A stretch of DNA of 64,000 nt from an uncultured Olsenella sp. (GCA_949296375.1 CASFQX010000020.1:249-64248), one strand, 5' to 3'. Positions 44,695 to 55,320 are shown, numbered from the stretch's first letter. Program-made: numbers and translations. Notes: a model not told the origin generated them from the sequence alone.

Positions 44695-47379
44695 CTAGAC
44701 CGTGAGGTCGCGGACGACGTTCGCGGGGTCCCTGCCAGCCGCCCCTCTTGCCGCGACGATTCCGGCGAGTGTGGTCACCAGGGCGCTCAGGATTACTGCC
44801 GCGGCCACACTGGCGGGGGCGATCATGATGAGGCCGTCACTGTGGGCAAACTGGAGGACGAGGGAGTCGAGGTAGGGGGAGAGGGCCCATGCCGACGCCC
44901 CGCCGACGAGGCCGCCCAGGGCGCCGATCAGGAGGTTTTCCACGCAGAAGAGGGCCGTCACATCCGCCTTGGTCGCGCCAAGGGCCCTGAGGACCGCGAT
45001 CTCACCCGTGCGCTCGAGGGCAGATACGGAGGTGGTTGACGCAACGAGAAAGACCGAGAGTGCTCCGAGGACGATCGATGCGACCGCGAGAGCGAGGTCT
45101 ATGGTGGCAACTGTCGCCTGCGCCTCGCTCAGCACCGCCTCGATGTCCGTCTGGCAGGAGATGTCACCGTCTTCGAGGCCGGCGAGACGAACGTAATCAC
45201 GCACGGCCTCGAGGACCATCTCGCGCTGGCAGGCGCCCTCGACGTATATCCTGAGATTGGAGGGCGAGCTCTCCTGCGCCCCGCCGAGCCAGATCATGTT
45301 CTGGCGGTAGCTGGCAGAGAGGTCCGCCTGGACGTATCGGTCCACAAGGGTGGAGAACTCGGCGTCCGTCAGAGAGGTGAGTTGCTCGACAACGCCCTCA
45401 TCAAGCTCGATTTCCCCTCCGACGTAGCCGAGGCGCCCGGCGAGCGTCGAGGCGTCGTCGTCGGTGAGCTCGCGAAGGCGCTCCAGCTTCTCATCTGAAA
45501 GGCCGATCCGCTCCGCAACGCCGACAAGCTCCTCTAAGGTGAGCGTGCCCTTCGTCATCCCGTCATCGAAGTCCCTGCCGGAGAATACGTCACGTTGCGG
45601 GTTCGCCGCCTGTTCCTTGACGATCTCGCTCTCCCAGGCGTCTGCAACGAGGCTGTCGATGAGGGTGGCGTCGTAGCCGATGGCGCCGGCAAAGGAGGCG
45701 TCGTCGAGGCGCTCATGAGGACAGACGATGCCAACGACGCTGAGCGTGCGGGCCCCATCGATAACCGTCGATAGATAGGGGGAGCTGTCGGTTCGCGAGT
45801 TGACCCAGGCACCAGTCGTCTCGTCTCGGTAGTAGTAGTCGGCCGTGGGGACGAGTCGATACGTCTTGCCGAGAAGGTCATCGTATGAGACGGTGACATC
45901 GCCGGGCTCTCCCGCCTCGACCATCTCGCGAATCTGTTCGTCATCGAGGAGGCCGAGCTCTGCGGCAACGAGGTCTGCCATCGTCTCGTCTCGTCTCACG
46001 ATGATGACTACCTCGTCTGAAGACTTCGGCATTCGTCCGGCGAGAACGTCATAGGGGGACTCGCCGGTGACGTCGTTGACCACGAGCTCCCTCATGGGCT
46101 GGGAGGATTGGGCGTAGGTCTCGACCATCCATTGAAGCTCGGGATCGATCAGGCCCTCCCTCGAGAGGCGCTCTGCCAGAACTGGGCTTCCGGCGCTCAG
46201 GAGCGGCGTGCCGTCACCGCTGTAGAGATTGAGCTCAACCTCGTAGTCACGCTGAATGTCGAGCACGGAGGAGGCGATCTCGGGATGAGTGGAGGTTAGA
46301 TACGCGTAAAGGCGCCCGAGGTCCTCTCCGCTTGCCCCGGGGCTCGCCAGTTGACTGAGGGCTCTCGCACCCGTGGGGGGCACCCGGATGCCGGACGTTT
46401 CCCCTGAGGGCGCCTCGCCGTCCCTTGCGAAGAGGTCGATCGAGGGGCTGGTGCCCGCGACGAGGGGATGGGACAGGGAGAGGCCAAGGGTGAGCCGTTC
46501 GAGGTAACCGTGGCTCCCGGCGGCAATCGAGAGCACGAGGACCGTTGCGAACGCCGCGAGGGTGACCGCAAGGGCGGAGAGCGCACTTCTCGCCTTCCGC
46601 CTGAGCAGATGATGCAGGGAGAGCCCCAGGATGCGAGCGCGCCGTCTGCCCGTGCGCGCCTCTGCAGGCTGCGCGCTCGGCGCGGCCCCTGCGCGGTCCC
46701 TGAGTCTCTCGTCTGTGGCGACATGCCCGTTACGTATGGTCACGATGCGTGACGAATAGACACGGGCGAGCCGCTCGTTGTGGGTGACGACGAGGACGAG
46801 CCGCTCGTGGGCGAGCTCTGTCAGCAGCTCCATGACGCGCTTCCCGCTTTGCTCGTCAAGCGATCCGGTGGGCTCGTCGGCGAGGATGATCGGCGGGTTC
46901 TTGGCGAGGGCGCGCGCCACGCAGGCGCGTTGAGCCTGCCCTCCTGAGAGCGTTGCCGGGAGCCTGTCCGCCAGCTCGGCTATCCCGCAGCGCTCAAGCG
47001 CTCGCAGTGCCGCGTTTCTCGCCTCTTGGGCGGGGACCTCTGCCAGGTCCTGCCCGAGCAGTACGTTCTCCAGGACGCTCAGGTGCCCGATGAGATTGGG
47101 AGACTGGAAGACGAGCCCAACGTGGCGAGCACGATAGCGATCCCAGTCGGCGGGGGAGAAATCGGCGGTGCTGCGCCCGTCAACGAGAAGCTGGCCCTCG
47201 AAGCTCCCGTCGAGACCGCCCAGAATGTTGAGCAGCGTCGTCTTGCCACAGCCGCTCTCGCCGAGAACGGAGACGAGGCCGGGTGCGCAAAGCTCGAGCG
47301 CCAGGTCGTCTAGAACGACCTGGCGCGTCTCGCCTCTTCCGAAGCTCTTGGTGACTCTTGCGACGAGGGTCGAGGGCAT
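44695..47379 (-). CDS. Fused ABC ATPase/FtsX-type permease (MacB-like)
   Basis: GESGCGKTT, LSGGQAQR, ILADEPTG, VTHN; C-terminal ERTGEIAVLRALGA. Confidence 0.88.
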   Translation of the reverse strand: MPSTLVARVTKSFGRGETRQVVLDDLALELCAPGLVSVLGESGCGKTTLLNILGGLDGSFEGQLLVDGRSTADFSPADWDRYRARHVGLVFQSPNLIGHLSVLENVLLGQDLAEVPAQEARNAALRALERCGIAELADRLPATLSGGQAQRACVARALAKNPPIILADEPTGSLDEQSGKRVMELLTELAHERLVLVVTHNERLARVYSSRIVTIRNGHVATDERLRDRAGAAPSAQPAEARTGRRRARILGLSLHHLLRRKARSALSALAVTLAAFATVLVLSIAAGSHGYLERLTLGLSLSHPLVAGTSPSIDLFARDGEAPSGETSGIRVPPTGARALSQLASPGASGEDLGRLYAYLTSTHPEIASSVLDIQRDYEVELNLYSGDGTPLLSAGSPVLAERLSREGLIDPELQWMVETYAQSSQPMRELVVNDVTGESPYDVLAGRMPKSSDEVVIIVRRDETMADLVAAELGLLDDEQIREMVEAGEPGDVTVSYDDLLGKTYRLVPTADYYYRDETTGAWVNSRTDSSPYLSTVIDGARTLSVVGIVCPHERLDDASFAGAIGYDATLIDSLVADAWESEIVKEQAANPQRDVFSGRDFDDGMTKGTLTLEELVGVAERIGLSDEKLERLRELTDDDASTLAGRLGYVGGEIELDEGVVEQLTSLTDAEFSTLVDRYVQADLSASYRQNMIWLGGAQESSPSNLRIYVEGACQREMVLEAVRDYVRLAGLEDGDISCQTDIEAVLSEAQATVATIDLALAVASIVLGALSVFLVASTTSVSALERTGEIAVLRALGATKADVTALFCVENLLIGALGGLVGGASAWALSPYLDSLVLQFAHSDGLIMIAPASVAAAVILSALVTTLAGIVAARGAAGRDPANVVRDLTV

Positions 47380-47382
47380 TGG

Positions 47383-48156
47383 CTACTCGGGCATCACGTT
47401 GATCTCGCCGCAGTAGGTTCCGTCATAGGAGAGCTCGTACTCGCCGTCGGAGCCGCGGAGTTCGATCTCGGGCGAGATCGTGGGAACGTAGATCTGTACT
47501 GATCCGTCTTCCTCGTCGACCCGCGCCCATACTCCGAAGCCCATGGAGCCCTCATAGGTGTAGTTGTTGAGGTTGTCCAGCTCGATCTCGATGCCCCACG
47601 TCCCGTCTAGCTTGCCCTCGGAGGCAGAGTTGGGAACGGTGATACGGCCCGAGAGCTTGAGGTCGGGATAGCTGGAGATCTGATAATAGAGGCTGTCGAG
47701 TACGCTCCCGGTGGCCTCCACGTCGTCCCAGGTGACGTTCTTGAAGGTGTAGACGGTCGTCTCGTCCCCCATGACAACCGACTCGATGTCGGCCTCCACG
47801 GTAAACGTTCCGGTTTCGTCACGGCTCGAGAGCAGCACCGAGATGGTGTCATCGGTGATGGACGCGCTCATGAGCGCGTTGGCATAGGAGTAGCCGACCT
47901 CGCCCCGGAAGGGGTGAGCCGAGAAGAAGATCCTGCTGATGGCAAAGACGGCTATCGCGATGACCGCCACCGCTGCCACGGCGATTCCGATGATGAGGGG
48001 GAGCCCGGAGCCCCGCGTGCCTCTCGGCTTAACGGCAGGGGGCACCATCTGGTTCAACATCTGCTGGGGGCTCTGTTTGGGGGAGAACGGGGCTCCGCAT
48101 CCCGCGCAGAAGACAGCGTTCTCGGGGTTGTTGGTTCCGCACTTTGGACAGAACAT
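47383..48156 (-). CDS. Zinc-ribbon domain single-pass membrane protein
   Basis: MFCPKCG...FCAGCG, one TM helix, acidic beta-rich ectodomain. Confidence 0.8.
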   Translation of the reverse strand: MFCPKCGTNNPENAVFCAGCGAPFSPKQSPQQMLNQMVPPAVKPRGTRGSGLPLIIGIAVAAVAVIAIAVFAISRIFFSAHPFRGEVGYSYANALMSASITDDTISVLLSSRDETGTFTVEADIESVVMGDETTVYTFKNVTWDDVEATGSVLDSLYYQISSYPDLKLSGRITVPNSASEGKLDGTWGIEIELDNLNNYTYEGSMGFGVWARVDEEDGSVQIYVPTISPEIELRGSDGEYELSYDGTYCGEINVMPE

Positions 48157-48250
48157 GGTCCCTCCTAACGATATTTTGGTTCACTTTCAGATTGTAGGGA
48201 TTATTGCGAGCGGAGGACAGCGGCAGCGACATGTTGAGGGGAGCTGGCAT

Positions 48251-48281
48251 AAAAAAGCCCGGGTCCTCGTGGGACCCGGGC
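48251..48281 (-). terminator. Intrinsic terminator after the tRNA
   Basis: gcccgggtcc/ggacccgggc stem followed by T6 on the minus strand. Confidence 0.85.
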
Positions 48282-48291
48282 ATCTTCGGCC

Positions 48292-48368
48292 TGGTGCGCC
48301 CAGGGGGATTCGAACCCACGACCTTCTGCTCCGGAGGCAGACGCTCTAATCCACTGAGCTATGGGCGC
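48292..48368 (-). tRNA. tRNA-Arg(CCG)
   Basis: 77-nt cloverleaf GCGCCCATAGCTCAGTGGATTAGAGC..., anticodon loop CTCCGGA, GGTTCGAATCC, encoded CCA. Confidence 0.97.
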
Positions 48369-48628
48369 TTGCGTTGCAAAGTATAGCCAATCCGGAGCCG
48401 TCCTGCTCGGGGCATGGCGCTGGAGTGGGAATCAGTCTTGTCGGGACCAGATGGACCTCGGCAGGCTGCCTCCATATGTCCCCTCTGCTTTCTCTCTTTT
48501 TCGTAAGGTTTGGGTAACGCGCCGCCTCCCCGTGGCACAATGGACCCCCGCAACGAGAGGGGGAGATCGAGCTGGACGAGAAGAGCGCTCAGCTGACGGG
48601 GCTCACGGACGCCGAGGTCGCCGATCGA

Positions 48629-50953
48629 GTGGCGCGCGGCCTCACGAACGCGAACACCGACGTCAAGACCAAGAGCATTGGGCAGATTCTTGCAGAGCAT
48701 GCCTTCACGCTGTTCAACGCCGTGAACCTTGCGCTCGCGGTGCTGATCTTCCTCACCGGGCAGTACCGCAACATGCTCTTCATGTGCGTTGTTGGAGCAA
48801 ACCTCCTCATCGGCGTCACCCAGGAGGTCCGCGCCAAGCGCATGGTCGACAAGCTGACCATCCTCACCCAGAAGGAGGTCGTCGTCATCAGGGCCTCCGG
48901 CGAGCGGGAGATCTCCCCCTCGGAGCTCGTCACGGACGACCTTATGAGACTTTCCCACGGAGACCAGGTGCCGGCAGACGCGGTGATCGTCGACGGCTTT
49001 GTGTCCATGAACGAGAGCCTCCTCACCGGAGAGGCCAAGCCGGTCTCCAAGGGCCCCGGCGACGAGCTCCTCTCGGGTAGCTTCGTTGACGCCGGCAGCC
49101 TCGTGGCGCGCGTAACGCGCGTGGGTGCCGAGGGATATGCGGCGCGAATCAACGCCGAGGCAAAGTACGTCAAGGTCGTTCGCTCCGAGATCCAGGACAC
49201 GCTGCGCGCCATCATCAAGCTCGGCACCGTCGTCCTCGTGCCCCTGGGGCTCGGGCTCTTCCTGCGCACGTGGCTCATGGACCATGGGACCCTCAACGAC
49301 GCGATCCTCACGTCCGTCGCCGCGGTCATTGGAATGATCCCGCAGGGCCTGGTCCTGCTCACCTCATCCGTGCTTGCCATCGCAACCTTCCGTCTTGGCC
49401 GTCGCATGGTTCTCGTGCAGCAGGCCTACTGCGTCGAGACCCTTGCGCGCGTTGACACGCTCTGCCTCGACAAGACTGGGACCATCACGACCGGGGAGAT
49501 GGAGGTGGCGACCGTCGTCGGAGCGGAGGGCGTCAGCTCATCCGAAGTCGCCCGTGCCCTTGCGACGATCGTCTCGGCCAACGAGGCGGATGCCAACGAG
49601 ACCGCCCGCGCCATCCTCAAGTATGCCGCCGAGAAGAACCTCCCCTCGGAGCCCTCGTCACGTGTGGTGCCCTTCTCGTCCGCCCGTAAGTTCTCTGGCT
49701 GCGTCACTGCGTCGGGCCGCTCGCTCGTTATGGGTGCGGCGGCCTTCGTCCTCGGGGCCGGCCGCGTTGGGGAGACGGACGCGCTGGCGACGGCCTTCGA
49801 CGCGACGGAGCGGGTTCTCGTGGTGGGGGAGGCGGGCGGCTTCTCCGACGACGACTCCATACGGGGCGAGGTGCGACTCCTCGGCTGCGTTGCCATCAGG
49901 GATGAGATTCGCCCCACTGCTGGTGACACCATGCGCTACTTCCTCGACCAGGGCGTGGAGCTCCGCGTGATCTCCGGGGACGACCCCAGGACGGTCTCGG
50001 CCATCGCCGAGCGCGCCGGGGTCCCCCATGCCGGCCGCTACGTCGACGCCACTACGCTCGACACGCCCGAGAAACTCGACGCCGCGGTAGACGACGCGCG
50101 CGTCTTCGGGCGCGTGACGCCGCAGCAGAAGCGCGAGCTCGTTCAGGCGCTGCACCGTCGCGGCCGCACCGTGGCCATGACGGGAGACGGCGTGAACGAC
50201 GTGCTCGCACTCCGCGAGGCCGACTGCTCCGTGGCCATGGCCTCGGGCTCTGCCGCGGCACGCAACGTCTCTGAGATCGTCCTCGCTGACAACGATTTCT
50301 CGCACATGCCAGAGGTTGTCGCCGAGGGTCGGCGCTCCATCAACAACCTGCAGCGCTCCGCCTCTCTCTTCCTCGTGAAGACGGTGTTCACCGCGCTTCT
50401 CGCGCTCGTCTGCATCGTGATGCCCCCGTATCCCTTCATCCCGATCCAGATGTCGCTTCTCTCCACGGCAATCATCGGCATACCGTCGTTCGTTCTCGCC
50501 CTCGAGCCAAACCACGAGCTCGTGCGAGGAAACTTCCTCGCCAACGTCCTTGTGCGCTCGCTTCCGGCTTCCGTTGCGATCGTCTGCGCCCTTCTCGCCG
50601 AGCTGATCGTCGGCAGGGCCCTTGGCCACTCCTTTGACGAGATCTCCTCGGTCTGCACCATTCTCGTGGCAATCGTGGGTGTAGCCCTCATCTGGAAGAT
50701 ATCGCAGCCCATGACGCCTCTTCGCGTGACGCTCCTCGCGGTCATCATCGCCATTGTTGCGCTTGGGTGTACGGTCTTCGCTTCCTTCTTCGAGATCGTT
50801 GACCTTACGGGTAGCATGGGTGTAGTCATCGTTGTCGCCGGTGTGCTCTCTGCCGTCTTCTTCGACGTGCTGTACCGGCTCTCTACGACAAAACTGGACA
50901 AGAGCGAGCGCTTTGTTGCGCTCGTGAGAAGGGTGGAGGGCAAAAATGACTGA
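48629..50953 (+). CDS. Cation-translocating P-type ATPase (CtpE-like); true start probably upstream
   Basis: ESLLTGE, DKTGT, ISGD, GDGVND; TM4 reads IPQGL. Confidence 0.9.
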   Translation: MARGLTNANTDVKTKSIGQILAEHAFTLFNAVNLALAVLIFLTGQYRNMLFMCVVGANLLIGVTQEVRAKRMVDKLTILTQKEVVVIRASGEREISPSELVTDDLMRLSHGDQVPADAVIVDGFVSMNESLLTGEAKPVSKGPGDELLSGSFVDAGSLVARVTRVGAEGYAARINAEAKYVKVVRSEIQDTLRAIIKLGTVVLVPLGLGLFLRTWLMDHGTLNDAILTSVAAVIGMIPQGLVLLTSSVLAIATFRLGRRMVLVQQAYCVETLARVDTLCLDKTGTITTGEMEVATVVGAEGVSSSEVARALATIVSANEADANETARAILKYAAEKNLPSEPSSRVVPFSSARKFSGCVTASGRSLVMGAAAFVLGAGRVGETDALATAFDATERVLVVGEAGGFSDDDSIRGEVRLLGCVAIRDEIRPTAGDTMRYFLDQGVELRVISGDDPRTVSAIAERAGVPHAGRYVDATTLDTPEKLDAAVDDARVFGRVTPQQKRELVQALHRRGRTVAMTGDGVNDVLALREADCSVAMASGSAAARNVSEIVLADNDFSHMPEVVAEGRRSINNLQRSASLFLVKTVFTALLALVCIVMPPYPFIPIQMSLLSTAIIGIPSFVLALEPNHELVRGNFLANVLVRSLPASVAIVCALLAELIVGRALGHSFDEISSVCTILVAIVGVALIWKISQPMTPLRVTLLAVIIAIVALGCTVFASFFEIVDLTGSMGVVIVVAGVLSAVFFDVLYRLSTTKLDKSERFVALVRRVEGKND

Positions 50954-53606
50954 AATCGCTCAGTTTGACGAGGGCGTTCTCGAGGCCCGTCGTTCGACGA
51001 GGATCGCCTCTGGCGAGATCGAGCGCGAGGCATACGTCGTTGCGGGCATCCCTGGCGCCGAGCGTCTCCCTCGAGCACTCGTTGTCCTGCTCGAGAACGT
51101 CGTGAGGCGTGCGGCGAGCGACGACGACGCCCTTCGCATGGCGCGTGCGATCGTGAGTGCGGGCATTTCGGGATCCGCGGGCGACGAGATCGAGTTCATG
51201 CCGGCGCGCGTCCTCTTCCAGGACTTCACCGGCGTTCCCGTCTTCGTGGACTTTGCCGCCATGCGCGACGCCATGGTCGCGCGCGGGGGAGACCCGATGC
51301 TCGTTAACCCAAAGATTCCCTGTACGCTTGTCGTTGACCACTCGGTCATCGCCGACGAGTCCGAGTGTGCGTGCGCCGTCGAGAAGAACCAGGAGATCGA
51401 GGCCGCCCGCAACCGCGAGCGCTTCTCCTTCCTCAAGTGGGCGAGCCGCTCCTTTGACAACGTCGAGATCGTTCCTCCCGGAGAGGGCATCTGCCATCAG
51501 TTGAACATCGAGCGCTTCTGCAGCGTCGTGACGACCGATGCCCTTTCCGAGGGCGACGTGGCGTGCTTCGACACCCTCGTGGGCACGGATTCCCACACCA
51601 CTACGGCAAACGGCGTGGGCGTGCTCGGCTGGGGAGTCGGTGGCATCGAGGCTGAGGCGGCGGCCCTCGGGCAGCCCGTCTCGATGCTCGTTCCCCCCGT
51701 CGTCGAGCTCAGGCTCTCGGGCTCGCTGCGTCCCGGCGTCTCCGGTATGGACGTTGCGCTCACGGTGGCGCAGCTTCTTCGCGGAGCCGGCGTTGTTGGC
51801 TCCATCGTCGAGGTGACGGGTGAGGGCGTCAGTGCGCTCAGTGCCACCCAGCGAGCCTGTGTGGCCAACATGACCCCGGAGTATGGTGCCACTGCGACGC
51901 TCTTCCCGGTGGACGATGCCACCCTGAGCTATCTGCGCCTTGCCGGACGCGATGAGAGGGATCTCGCGTTCGCTCGCGCATACCTCGAGGCACAGGGTAT
52001 CTTTGGCGCGACCGTGGGTAGGGTCTACGCGCGCACCATCGAGCTCGACCTCTCGAGCGTCGAGACCTCGCTTGCTGGCCCCTCCCGTCCTCATGACCGT
52101 GTTTCGGTCTCCGGCCTCAAGGAGCGCTTCGAGTCTTCGGCCTCCTCCGCTGGCCGCAACCTTGGGGATGCGGTTGAGGTTGAGGGTGTGGGACCGCTCA
52201 AGCACGGTGCCATCGCCATCGCGGCCATCACGAGCTGCACCACGGCGACCGACCCCGCGATGATGGTCGCTGCTGGTCTGCTCGCCAAGCATGCCGTCGA
52301 GCGCGGTCTGACTCCCAAGCCCTGGGTCAAGAAGGTGCTCGCGCCGGGAAGCCACGCCACGGAGCTTCTCCTCGAGCGCTGCGGACTCACGGAGCCCCTG
52401 CGCCAGCTTGGGTTCTTCACCTGCGGCTTTGGCTGCATGAGCTGCATCGGCAACTCCGGCGAGATCAAGGCGTGCCTCAAGTCGCACGCCTCCGAGCTCG
52501 AGCTCACGAGCGTCCTGTCCGGCAACCGCAACTTCGAGGGTCGCATCTCTCCCGACGTGAGCCAGAACTACCTCTGCGCCCCCGCGCTCGTCGTCGCCTA
52601 CTCGCTCGTGGGAACGATGGACGTCGACCTCACGAGTGAGCCCGTCGGCGTGACTGCTGACGGCTCTGCGGTGATGCTCTCCGACATCATGCCCACCGAC
52701 GACGAGATCGCGGACGAGCTCGAGAAGAACCTCGACGCCACGCTCTTCGAAGAGGGTGGAATGGGTCTCATGGAGGGCTCCTCCGTCTGGCGTTCGATCG
52801 AGTCCTCCGAGTCCTCGACCTTCCCCTGGGACCCCGAGTCGACCTATGTGCGTCGCGCCCCGTATTTCGACATCGCGCGTGCCCGGGATGTAATCGAGGT
52901 TCGCGACGCGCGCGCACTCGCGCTCCTGGGTGACTTCGTTACCACGGATCACATCTCTCCCGCAGGCTCAATCGCCAAGGACTCTCCCGCCGCGCGCTAT
53001 CTCCTGGAGCGTGGCGTGGAGCCCGGAGATTTCAACACCTACGGCGCGCGCCGCGGCAACCACGAAGTCATGGCACGTGGCACCTTCGCCAACGTCAAGC
53101 TCAGGAACGCCCTTGCCGATGGGCGCCAGGGCGGCTGGACGAGGAACCTGCTCACGGGCGAGCTGACGTCCATCTTCGATGCCTCCGAGAGCTATCGTGA
53201 GGCGGGGGTCCCCCTTGTTGTTGTTGCGGGCAAACTCTACGGCTCTGGGTCGAGCCGTGACTGGGCCGGCAAGGGCCCGCTGCTCCTTGGGGTTCGCGCG
53301 GTCATCGCCGAGAGCTTTGAGAGGATTCACCGCTCGAACCTCGTTCAGATGGGCGTCCTGCCGCTTCAGTTCAGGGAGGGGGAGAGCGCTGAGACTCTGG
53401 GGATCCGAGGAGACGAGACGTTCTCCGTCGATCCCGTCGACCTCTCCGCAGGGCTTCCCGCTCCCCGTGAGGTGACGGTTCGCGCAACGTCGTCGGATGG
53501 CTCCGCGGTCGAGTTCTCCTGCGTGGTCAGGGTTGACACCCCCATGGAGGGGGCCTTCCTCTCCAGGGGCGGCATCCTGCCCTTCGTCCTGGATTCTATT
53601 GCGTAG
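50946..53606 (+). CDS. acnA: Aconitate hydratase A
   Basis: QDFTGVP, DHS, GICHQ, GTDSHT, AITSCT, CMSCIGNSG, NRNFEGR, TTDHISPAG, GSGSSRDWA. Confidence 0.92.
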   Translation: MTEIAQFDEGVLEARRSTRIASGEIEREAYVVAGIPGAERLPRALVVLLENVVRRAASDDDALRMARAIVSAGISGSAGDEIEFMPARVLFQDFTGVPVFVDFAAMRDAMVARGGDPMLVNPKIPCTLVVDHSVIADESECACAVEKNQEIEAARNRERFSFLKWASRSFDNVEIVPPGEGICHQLNIERFCSVVTTDALSEGDVACFDTLVGTDSHTTTANGVGVLGWGVGGIEAEAAALGQPVSMLVPPVVELRLSGSLRPGVSGMDVALTVAQLLRGAGVVGSIVEVTGEGVSALSATQRACVANMTPEYGATATLFPVDDATLSYLRLAGRDERDLAFARAYLEAQGIFGATVGRVYARTIELDLSSVETSLAGPSRPHDRVSVSGLKERFESSASSAGRNLGDAVEVEGVGPLKHGAIAIAAITSCTTATDPAMMVAAGLLAKHAVERGLTPKPWVKKVLAPGSHATELLLERCGLTEPLRQLGFFTCGFGCMSCIGNSGEIKACLKSHASELELTSVLSGNRNFEGRISPDVSQNYLCAPALVVAYSLVGTMDVDLTSEPVGVTADGSAVMLSDIMPTDDEIADELEKNLDATLFEEGGMGLMEGSSVWRSIESSESSTFPWDPESTYVRRAPYFDIARARDVIEVRDARALALLGDFVTTDHISPAGSIAKDSPAARYLLERGVEPGDFNTYGARRGNHEVMARGTFANVKLRNALADGRQGGWTRNLLTGELTSIFDASESYREAGVPLVVVAGKLYGSGSSRDWAGKGPLLLGVRAVIAESFERIHRSNLVQMGVLPLQFREGESAETLGIRGDETFSVDPVDLSAGLPAPREVTVRATSSDGSAVEFSCVVRVDTPMEGAFLSRGGILPFVLDSIA

Positions 53607-53623
53607 GCAACGGGGGTAAGCGA

Positions 53624-54604
53624 TTGACCAGATCCTGTCCACATTGCGGCCGACTCCTCGAGGGGGATGCGCTCGTGTGCCCTCGCTGTGGCGAGGTCGT
53701 CGACTCTACCCAGAGGATTTCCATCCGAGATGCTGCTTGGTGCCCCGAGTGTGGTGCGCTCGTGCCCCCCGGGTCCGAGCACTGCCCCAAGTGCGGACGC
53801 GAGCTCGTCACCCGCAAGCAGGAGGAGCCGCGTCGGAGGATGAACCTTCCGGTGATAGACCCCGATGACGATGAGGGTGGCTTCGACCCGGACGACACGA
53901 ACTTCATCACGCGCATCGAGAGCGCCATCCCCGGCACGGAGTCCGAGGACTCGCCGGGCGCCCAGCATGACAGGATGCCCCGCCCGTTCGCCTTTGCGTT
54001 TGCCGCGATTCTCGCCCTCGTTTTTGTGGGCGGCTCCACGCTGCTCATTACGCACCCCTGGGACCCCCAGGCAACCCAGACCAAGGCAACCGAGCCTGCC
54101 GATACGTCCATGTCGGGATTCCCCGGTGTCGTGGAGTCCCTGACCGGCCAGGACGATGCCGATAAGGGCACCGGACAGACGGCGGCGACAACCTATGAGA
54201 CCCTTCACGGAGTCTATGAGGACCTCGGGACGCTCTCGGAGCGGCTCGATGCGAGCGAAGAGGAACTGAGGACCCTCGTCTCGGGCTCCGGTGACACCAG
54301 CGTTGACGAGGGTCTCGAGAGCGCTCGCTCCCTCTCGATCTCCGTCTCGAACGTCATCACCAAGCTCGATCGGCTCGGGTATGTCGGTGGCCCCTACGAC
54401 GAGGACGTCGACAACCTCAGAACGCTCGGCAGCTGGCTGAGAAACCGATGTGACGCCCTCACGAGCGCCTGGGAGCTCGCCGCTGACGCTCAGGAGCCAA
54501 CCGAGGTTTCTGAATCTGTTGTCTCGCTGCTCAACGGCTCGCGCGACTATGACAGGCACTTCTCGGAGAGCTATGAGGACTGGGAGCCCGCCAACAGGGA
54601 GTAG
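53624..54604 (+). CDS. Double zinc-ribbon membrane protein
   Basis: Four CxxC pairs, acidic linker, one TM helix, helical C-terminal domain. Confidence 0.75.
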   Translation: MTRSCPHCGRLLEGDALVCPRCGEVVDSTQRISIRDAAWCPECGALVPPGSEHCPKCGRELVTRKQEEPRRRMNLPVIDPDDDEGGFDPDDTNFITRIESAIPGTESEDSPGAQHDRMPRPFAFAFAAILALVFVGGSTLLITHPWDPQATQTKATEPADTSMSGFPGVVESLTGQDDADKGTGQTAATTYETLHGVYEDLGTLSERLDASEEELRTLVSGSGDTSVDEGLESARSLSISVSNVITKLDRLGYVGGPYDEDVDNLRTLGSWLRNRCDALTSAWELAADAQEPTEVSESVVSLLNGSRDYDRHFSESYEDWEPANRE

Positions 54605-54771
54605 ACGAATCAACAATTTGTTCAACGCTGTTTTGCACGTCGTCGACGCCGCACGCTCTTGTCTTGCCGCGTCGATGTCTTTTCGTCTGCCGAATATGTG
54701 AAACCGTGGACATCCTGATAGAATCAAGGAGTTGAATGGTGGCTATTTGCCATACGACCACGGAGGAAGCG

Positions 54772-55320
54772 ATGGGATTCATCCAGGATCCGCTCTACAC
54801 CCCAGCGTACCGGCTCTCCGGAGACGAGGTGGCGGTCTTTGACACCAGTCGCGGCATGATTCGCGTGCAGCTCGACACAGAGGGTGCGCCGATTCATGCG
54901 GCCAACTTCTGTGAGCTCGCCTCGAGCGGTTTTTACGATGAGCTGAAGTTTCACCGCTACGTCCCGGGCTTCGTCATCCAGGGCGGATGCCCCAACACTC
55001 GGGAGATGACTCCCGAGCAGGTTGCTCGCGGCGAGGTCGGGCCGACGGGCATGCCGGGGACGGGTGGTCCGGGCTATCGCATTCGCGAGGAGTTCACCAC
55101 CAACCCGAGAAACTCTCACGAGGATCGGGCGCTGGCCATGGCGAGGTCCGCAGATCCCAACTCCGCTGGGTCGCAGTTCTACTTCTGCCTAGGAGCCCAG
55201 CACGGCCTTGATTCCGGCTATACGGTTTTCGGTAGGACGATCGAGGGCGAGGACGTCATTGGCGAGCTTCGCTCCGGTGACGTCATCAATTCCGTCCGCA
55301 TCGAGCATCTCGACGCCTAA
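54772..55320 (+). CDS. Cyclophilin-type peptidyl-prolyl isomerase
   Basis: FHRYVPGFVIQGG, GTGGPGY, LAMAR, SAGSQFY, YTVFG. Confidence 0.93.
   Translation: MGFIQDPLYTPAYRLSGDEVAVFDTSRGMIRVQLDTEGAPIHAANFCELASSGFYDELKFHRYVPGFVIQGGCPNTREMTPEQVARGEVGPTGMPGTGGPGYRIREEFTTNPRNSHEDRALAMARSADPNSAGSQFYFCLGAQHGLDSGYTVFGRTIEGEDVIGELRSGDVINSVRIEHLDA

Noticed and set aside
48292-48368. Prophage or ICE integrated at tRNA-Arg
   Set aside because: No integrase and no duplicated tRNA 3' end seen in the window
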